DNA of 11,519 nucleotides from Angelvirus px29 (taxonomy: Duplodnaviria > Heunggongvirae > Uroviricota > Caudoviricetes > Straboviridae). The notes below the pieces were generated by a model. That model was not told where the DNA came from and ran no database searches. It worked only from the letters and a program-made list of their open reading frames with translations. The translations under genes were made by a program, and so were the position numbers. Positions 6,603 through 11,519 of the stretch are shown one piece after another (the stretch's first letter is position 1; each line of letters begins with the position of its first letter). The stretch covers positions 1 to 11,519 of IMG/VR virus record IMGVR_UViG_2700988902_000001; one strand, 5' to 3'.

Positions 6603-7084
6603 TTGGTGCCAGAACTCCCGAAACCAGCTTCACCGCGAACGGTTTCGCGTGAAAACTCGGTGACTTCTTCCAGCTTAAAGCCTTTCACATACAGATGGAA
6701 TACCATTTGCACAACGCGATCACCCGGAGAAATAGCCAGATCGCTTTCGCCTTCGTTACGCAGCTTGATCATGATCTCGCCGTGGAAATCGGAATCGATA
6801 ACACCAGCGGTATTAGCGAGACGGACATAATGCTTGAAACCCAGACCAGAGCGCGGCAGAATGCAGCCATAAACGCCAACATCCAAGAAGAATGACGCGA
6901 GATCAAGCGCACCGATGTCCATTTTCAGACCAGACGGAATTACGAGATCTTGACCGGGTTTCAGAACCACGGTTTCTTCTAGTGCGGCTCGCAGATCAAT
7001 ACCAGCAGCTTCGGCACTCTTGAACTCAGGCAGTTCCCATTCGTCGCGATAATGAGGAAGACGAATAACAGGGATATTTTTCAT
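6599..7084 (-). CDS. dut: Trimeric dUTPase, 161 aa (start revised from 7099 to 7084)
   Basis: Five motifs: AGIDL, LPRSGLG, GVIDSDFHGEI, GDRVVQ, RGEAGFGSSG. ATG at 7084 overlaps the primase stop (TAATG) and has SD GGAGA 7 nt upstream. Confidence 0.93.
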   Translation of the reverse strand: MKNIPVIRLPHYRDEWELPEFKSAEAAGIDLRAALEETVVLKPGQDLVIPSGLKMDIGALDLASFFLDVGVYGCILPRSGLGFKHYVRLANTAGVIDSDFHGEIMIKLRNEGESDLAISPGDRVVQMVFHLYVKGFKLEEVTEFSRETVRGEAGFGSSGTK

Positions 7085-8118
7085 TAAATTTTTCTCCATT
7101 CGGATAGTCTAAATTTAGCACTCAAACCAGAAACGATATTCTGCTTCAAATACTGTTCGATTTGTTCGGCAGTAGCGCCTTCATCTTTGATCATGTCATT
7201 GACGTCTTTTTTATACCAAGGACAATCTAACCACACGACCACTTTTTCGCCAGCGTCGATAAGCTTTTCAAGACGTTCTACCGTCTCTTTCGAACGTGGC
7301 TCATTGTCTAGTACCCATACGCGCTTATCTTTGAATGGTGCATCATTCAGATGCATAGAACCACCAACGATAGCCAACGAGTTGGGAATAAAAACACTAT
7401 CAATCGGACCCTCAAAGTAAAACACAGTTTTTTTACCGTCAACACGTTCCAGACCATAGATCTTGTTTGCGGTATCATCAGGTTTAACGGTCAAGTAACG
7501 TTGATTTTTGTCAACATTGCCTAACGCTCGACCTTGAATACAGCTAATAGAACCATCAGCATTATGAATCGGGATAACTAAACGATATTCCTTTTCAACG
7601 TGCTTGTATGTCTCTGGCTTAATGTGATTACTCAGAGCTTTCCAATTGTCTGTGAAATAGAACAATTCTAGTTTATCTTTCGGCAAACAGCGACTAAGCA
7701 TGTAGCGAACGACTGGATGATCTTCTCTCAGTTCAGATAGTTTAACACAATACGGCAGTTCGCAAACAGATTTTTGTTCTTTTTTCTCAAGTTTTGAGCC
7801 AAGATTTAAGTTGACTTCTTGGCGCTTAGGACGTTCGTTGTCTTTGTACTTCTCTTTGATGTATTCACGATAAAGCTCCTCATGATACATCTGAAGATAT
7901 AGCGTGAACGGCAATTGTTTGCCACAGTTGAAGCAACCATACCAAACTTGACCTTCTCGCTCATAGAACCAACCACGAGATTTATACTTGTCTTTCATCG
8001 AGTCGCCGCAGATGTGACAACGAAAGTTGTATTTGATCTCATGCGCTCGACTGTGATCCGAAAACATTGGCAACACAAATGCTATCTGATGTGCCATATG
8101 ACGCTGTAAGTATAACAA
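7084..8118 (-). CDS. 61: DNA primase, 344 aa, probable TTG start
   Basis: Zn ribbon RCHICGDS...RGW...CFNCG; TOPRIM FEGPIDS and KDVNDM; IQGRAL. SD GGAGA 6 nt before the TTG. Confidence 0.95.
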   Translation of the reverse strand: MLYLQRHMAHQIAFVLPMFSDHSRAHEIKYNFRCHICGDSMKDKYKSRGWFYEREGQVWYGCFNCGKQLPFTLYLQMYHEELYREYIKEKYKDNERPKRQEVNLNLGSKLEKKEQKSVCELPYCVKLSELREDHPVVRYMLSRCLPKDKLELFYFTDNWKALSNHIKPETYKHVEKEYRLVIPIHNADGSISCIQGRALGNVDKNQRYLTVKPDDTANKIYGLERVDGKKTVFYFEGPIDSVFIPNSLAIVGGSMHLNDAPFKDKRVWVLDNEPRSKETVERLEKLIDAGEKVVVWLDCPWYKKDVNDMIKDEGATAEQIEQYLKQNIVSGLSAKFRLSEWRKI

Positions 8119-8129
8119 TGAGTTTCTCC

Positions 8130-8158
8130 AAATAAAAATGCCTCAATCAAGAGGCATT
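8130..8158 (-). terminator. Intrinsic terminator after the 61.1-like gene
   Basis: AATGCCTC-TTGATT-GAGGCATT-TTTATTT: 8-bp stem plus U-rich tract. Confidence 0.75.
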
Positions 8159-8184
8159 ATGTCATTCGGTCTTAGATTTTGCAA
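8156..8184 (-). promoter_or_regulatory. Candidate sigma70-type promoter for primase, embedded in the end of 61.1
   Basis: TTGCAA (8184-8179), 17 nt, CATAAT (8161-8156), preceded by TG-A (extended -10; the TGA is the 61.1 stop). Confidence 0.5.
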
Positions 8185-8635
8185 CCTTTTTCTTACCCAT
8201 ATTATCGGGTCCTTTATCGGTCACACTACCAGACTTCGCACCGGTTGCAATCGCGGTTGCATCGCCACCACAATCGCCACCTACCATTTCGATAAGCTTG
8301 TGCAGATCGCTATTTTCTTCACACTCGGTTAGAGGCATCATAGAGAGATCTGGCTCGCCATACTCTTTGATAATAGCATTCCAGCCCATTTTCAGAGCAA
8401 GAGCACTTGTACCAAATCCACCACTGAATCGCTGAATTGTCTGTTTTAGACTGCGAACCATGCTATGAAATTTTGTATAATGAGATTTCTCTTTCGGTGT
8501 CTCGGGTTTTCGCAAAACGTTCCCTTGATCATCGATGATACCTAGCTTGTGTGCTTCCCATTTCGCAAACGATTTGCCAAGTAGAGTCGCCAGTCTGTAT
8601 GCATAGACTGCATCCATTATTGATTTTGCACTCAT
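8162..8635 (-). CDS. Conserved T4-like hypothetical protein (gp61.1-like), 157 aa
   Basis: WEAHKLGIIDDQGNVLRKP...YTKFHSMVRSLK resembles the protein annotated gp61.1 in many T4-like phages; lies between 41 and 61; SD GGAGG. Confidence 0.8.
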   Translation of the reverse strand: MSAKSIMDAVYAYRLATLLGKSFAKWEAHKLGIIDDQGNVLRKPETPKEKSHYTKFHSMVRSLKQTIQRFSGGFGTSALALKMGWNAIIKEYGEPDLSMMPLTECEENSDLHKLIEMVGGDCGGDATAIATGAKSGSVTDKGPDNMGKKKVAKSKTE

Positions 8636-8651
8636 AAAACCTCCAAAATCT

Positions 8652-8659
8652 TATTTATG
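8652..8659 (-). promoter_or_regulatory. T4-type late promoter (gp55-dependent) for the 61.1-like gene
   Basis: CATAAATA, a 7/8 match to the T4 late consensus TATAAATA, 16 nt before the ATG. Confidence 0.6.
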
Positions 8660-8678
8660 AAAAGGGGATTAAATCCCC
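8660..8678 (-). terminator. Intrinsic terminator at the end of gene 41
   Basis: GGGGAT-TTA-ATCCCC-TTTT, overlapping the TAA stop. Confidence 0.7.
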
Positions 8679-10123
8679 CATTCAGCATCGTCTCCGATAT
8701 TCATATTCGCAAGCTGATCCATCTTATTACGAGTGCTCAGATCTTTGGCTTGAGCGACGTTTTCCTTGTGCGCTTGTTGAACTCTGGAACTGGCATCATC
8801 CAGATTACCACCAAAGTTACCATCTGGTTCAGACCATCGTTGTTTACCCTTATTAACACAAAGATTAAATCGTGTAAACTTGTTCTTGTCGCCATATCGA
8901 GATTTGATCTGTTTGAACAATTGTTGCTCGATCTCAGCGAGTTCTTCGGTTTCCATCGCAGCCAGAATAAAGTCAGCAGTAGCCGCAAGACCGGCAGATT
9001 CTGCAATGTCCGACATACTGATATCAGAACTGTCCCAACCACCGCGAGTGGTTTGAGCAGCAGACCAAACAACCACATTATGCTCTACCGCAAAGCCTCG
9101 CAGCTCCTCAGCGATTGCCTTTACCAATGTATAGCTGTTCTCGGAAAACGTGGTCATACGCTTTGAGCACATGATACCGAGATAGTCCACGATAACGATG
9201 TCTGGTTTGAAACCTTTCTTGATCTGCAAGTCTGCCATCAAGTTGTTCAAATGGTTGACGTTAGCCGCACCAGTTGGGAATTGCTTGACAACAAGCTTAC
9301 CGCAGTTCTTTTGTTTCAGATTGCCGAAACGACGCATAAAATCGGTTTCGGTGATCAGACCGTCGTCAATATCATCAAGTGTGACGTCCAGCAAGTTAGC
9401 ATCGATACGCTTACCGCAAACCTCTTCACCCATTTCCATTGAGACGTAAAGCACGTTATAACCTTGTAACAGATACTCACATGCTAAGTGACACAGACCC
9501 AGAGACTTACCAACGTTAACACCAGCAAGAATCAAGTTCAGTGTCTTACGTTCGACACCGCCTTTTGTGATCGTGTTCAGAATTTTGGTCATGAACGAGA
9601 TCTTTTTGGTCTTCATGCGATAGCTTTGAAAACGTTGTTCGACGTCATCAAAGTAATCATGACCAATCGCGAGATTAAACGCAACAGCTAAAGCGTTTTT
9701 CATGAGATCGGGAATAACACCGATATCAGGAATCTTTTTGTCTCGTTCATCGAGTGGCTTGGCATGATTTTCCTGAATACGAATTGCCTCGGACAGAGCA
9801 TTATTCATCGCTCGTTCTTGACAATACTTCTCAGTTTCTGCCATCAACCACGCTAGATCTTCGGGAACACCAATCAGCTCACCGATACCACCATAAGCTT
9901 CATCAAACTCGATCTGAGAAATACCACTACGCTTTTCAAGAGCAATCACCAGCGCGTTATGAGTTGGGATTGTCTTGTAGTTATCATAATGCTTTTTGAT
10001 CAGGTCGAAAATGATACGAATCGGACCTCTCGGGAAGTATTCCGATTTTAAGAATGGGAAGACTTGACGAAAGTATTCCTCAGAAACGAGGAGATTCGTG
10101 AGAATAGATTGTTCGATTGACAT
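8669..10123 (-). CDS. 41: Replicative DNA helicase (DnaB-like), 484 aa
   Basis: Walker A ILAGVNVGKS, VLYVSMEM, VIVDYLGI, WSAAQTTR, DIAESAGL, QIKSRYGD; N-terminus matches T4 gp41; SD AAGGA. Confidence 0.96.
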   Translation of the reverse strand: MSIEQSILTNLLVSEEYFRQVFPFLKSEYFPRGPIRIIFDLIKKHYDNYKTIPTHNALVIALEKRSGISQIEFDEAYGGIGELIGVPEDLAWLMAETEKYCQERAMNNALSEAIRIQENHAKPLDERDKKIPDIGVIPDLMKNALAVAFNLAIGHDYFDDVEQRFQSYRMKTKKISFMTKILNTITKGGVERKTLNLILAGVNVGKSLGLCHLACEYLLQGYNVLYVSMEMGEEVCGKRIDANLLDVTLDDIDDGLITETDFMRRFGNLKQKNCGKLVVKQFPTGAANVNHLNNLMADLQIKKGFKPDIVIVDYLGIMCSKRMTTFSENSYTLVKAIAEELRGFAVEHNVVVWSAAQTTRGGWDSSDISMSDIAESAGLAATADFILAAMETEELAEIEQQLFKQIKSRYGDKNKFTRFNLCVNKGKQRWSEPDGNFGGNLDDASSRVQQAHKENVAQAKDLSTRNKMDQLANMNIGDDAEWGI

Positions 10124-10365
10124 TCTTTTCCTTCTTTGATTTGCGCTTGTATAGCGGCTTGAACATGTTTGAATAATTCATCTTTCATTATCTCTTCTTC
10201 ACTATGAGGGGTGGACCAGTCGATGTGAACTCGTCCTTCGTTGTACGTCAGATCGTGAATATACGCGATAAAGGGCTCGCCGTCAACTAAAACAACAAGC
10301 TCTTGTTTGATGTCTTTTAGCGCCTCGTCTAAAACGTCTCGATAATTTCTTTCTTTGGTTTCCAT
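10048..10365 (-). CDS. 40: Head vertex assembly chaperone, 105 aa
   Basis: QELVV...IAYIHDLTYNEGRVHIDW...ELFKHVQAAI follows T4 gp40; lies immediately before 41; SD GGAGA. Confidence 0.82.
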   Translation of the reverse strand: METKERNYRDVLDEALKDIKQELVVLVDGEPFIAYIHDLTYNEGRVHIDWSTPHSEEEIMKDELFKHVQAAIQAQIKEGKECQSNNLFSRISSFLRNTFVKSSHS

Positions 10366-11054
10366 TGGTGTCTCCGTTTGCTTTGATACTTCCAGCTTTT
10401 TTCAACAGATCGACCCGCATTATCCCACCATCGCTCTCGATGCATGAAAGCATCTACCAGACTGTTACGACGAATCTTTGGAACTGGGACATCGCACCAC
10501 ATTTCCAAACAGGCATCATAAACACCGTTGTCGTAATATTCAACGTCCAGCTCTCGCTCATAATCGCTATAGCTGATGTCTTGCTTACGCTTTGACTCGG
10601 TGTAAGCAAACATTTTGCCGAAGATGTTGCGGTTGCGACTACCGTATGCGTGTTTACGAGCGCCGCGATCATTCCATTGTCGAGTCTTCGGCTTAACTTG
10701 CTTATCATACTCACGCAAGATCAGAACAGGATCAATCACTTTGTCCATGTCACCGAGAATGATACCAGCGCAGGTACTAAACCCACGAAAGATATCAAAC
10801 CAGCTTTCGCGTCCAGCATAGTTAGCTTTAGCGTATACATGTCCTGTCAGACGATAACCGTTATGAATGTAAAATCCGTGTTTATCAATACCGTCGCGAA
10901 TTTCGTGATAGTGTTTAGAGTAAGTACCAACGTGCAAATACGTCCCGAATTTCCACAAGCGATTGGTAGACTTAATCAGATTGATAAGAGTATCATCGCG
11001 ACGTTCGCCATTAGCAAACACAGCGGTGTGAATTTTATGCAGATCGATTTTCAT
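10329..11054 (-). CDS. Uncharacterised protein, 241 aa, with a basic, Trp-rich C-terminus
   Basis: Long ORF on the coding strand with strong SD AAGGAG and its own promoter; ends WWDNAGRSVEKSWKYQSKRRHQWK; no catalytic motif recognised. Confidence 0.85.
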   Translation of the reverse strand: MKIDLHKIHTAVFANGERRDDTLINLIKSTNRLWKFGTYLHVGTYSKHYHEIRDGIDKHGFYIHNGYRLTGHVYAKANYAGRESWFDIFRGFSTCAGIILGDMDKVIDPVLILREYDKQVKPKTRQWNDRGARKHAYGSRNRNIFGKMFAYTESKRKQDISYSDYERELDVEYYDNGVYDACLEMWCDVPVPKIRRNSLVDAFMHRERWWDNAGRSVEKSWKYQSKRRHQWKPKKEIIETF

Positions 11055-11081
11055 AAATCTCTCCTTGATTAGACTACAAAC

Positions 11082-11110
11082 AGATTATCATAGTCTCACA
11101 CAAAAGTAAA
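11082..11110 (-). promoter_or_regulatory. Sigma70/early-type promoter for the 241-aa ORF
   Basis: TTTACT (11110-11105), 17 nt, TAATCT (11087-11082) with TG-A extended -10. The -35 doubles as the terminator U tract. Confidence 0.55.
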
Positions 11111-11125
11111 GGGGCTTTCGCCCCC
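11102..11125 (-). terminator. Intrinsic terminator after uvsX
   Basis: GGGGC-GAAA-GCCCC-TTTACTTTT (GNRA loop); a T run also follows on the plus strand, so it may be bidirectional. Confidence 0.75.
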
Positions 11126-11129
11126 TTTT

Positions 11130-11519
11130 TTAATCCAGATTCTCAAACAGTTCGTCGGCATCAGATCCTTCGATGTCGATTTCTGTCAGTTGATCGAGTT
11201 CATCTTCTGTTGCGGTGTCAAGCTTGCGACCAAGTTCAACTGGGATTTCACCAGTACCGGAGAACAGGTCATCAACTTCATCAAACACTTCGTCCTTAAC
11301 TGAAACGGATTTCAGCTTGAAAGCGTCGGAGCAAGCGTCTTTGAACGGCTGATGTGAGAACATCGGTTTCCAGAATTCAAGACAGTTGGTGTCAGCGCGA
11401 CGCCACTTACGATCTTCTTCGACCAGCTCGCCAGTTTCTTCGTCAAGGAATGCACGACTAAACCAACCATTTGACGGCTTAACAACGAAACCGATGTCAA
11501 GAGCGATGTCAAGCATACC
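11130..11519 (-). CDS. uvsX: RecA-like recombinase UvsX, C-terminal part (5'-truncated by the window edge)
   Basis: LDIALDIGFVVKPSNGWFSRAFLDEETGE...WRRADTNCLEFWKPMFSHQPF matches the T4 UvsX C-domain; acidic tail; upstream of 40/41. Confidence 0.92.
   Translation of the reverse strand, partial: GMLDIALDIGFVVKPSNGWFSRAFLDEETGELVEEDRKWRRADTNCLEFWKPMFSHQPFKDACSDAFKLKSVSVKDEVFDEVDDLFSGTGEIPVELGRKLDTATEDELDQLTEIDIEGSDADELFENLD

Noticed and set aside
7085-7099. Track start of the dUTPase at 7099 (MEKNL)
   Set aside because: The ATG at 7084 has an SD and a TAATG coupling with the primase stop.
3128-10123. Inteins, introns or programmed hops in 39+60, 61 and 41
   Set aside because: Lengths match the uninterrupted T4-like proteins and the motifs are continuous.
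2274-10821. Other plus-strand and alternative-frame ORFs in the track (e.g. 3797-4348, 8657-9166, 10650-11072, 8737-9078, 10454-10714)
   Set aside because: All lie inside well-supported minus-strand genes, with no initiation signals or recognisable domains.
10329-11054. Homing endonuclease call for the inserted ORF
   Set aside because: The position is suggestive, but I find no GIY-YIG, HNH or LAGLIDADG motif, so it is left uncharacterised.
1-11519. tRNA genes, CRISPR-like arrays, IS elements; genus or host assignment
   Set aside because: Intergenic gaps are all under about 85 nt and explained by terminators, promoters and RBSs. No arrays are seen. Taxonomy needs a database comparison.

Overview
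An 11.5-kb segment of a T4-like myovirus (Straboviridae-type) genome. Every credible gene is on the minus strand. In transcription order (right to left): uvsX (3' part), a 241-aa uncharacterised ORF inserted between uvsX and gene 40, 40, 41 (helicase), a 61.1-like late gene, 61 (primase), a trimeric dUTPase, dexA, a 57-aa ORF missed by the ORF track (possibly Cef-like), a 67-aa orphan, a MazG-like pyrophosphatase, fused topoisomerase 39+60, a CYTH/TTM triphosphatase, a 103-aa orphan and rIIA. I see no tRNA, CRISPR array, intein, intron or recognisable homing endonuclease. The core is ordinary T4-like replication machinery. The most interesting signals are: (i) short junctions in which a terminator or palindrome is interlocked with the next promoter, including a possible two-state RNA structure controlling the CYTH gene; (ii) the self-contained 241-aa cassette whose tail encodes the gene 40 start; (iii) accessory nucleotide-processing enzymes (CYTH, MazG-like). 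Protein identities come from motifs and recalled similarity to T4 proteins, not from database searches. Host and genus cannot be assigned from this window.
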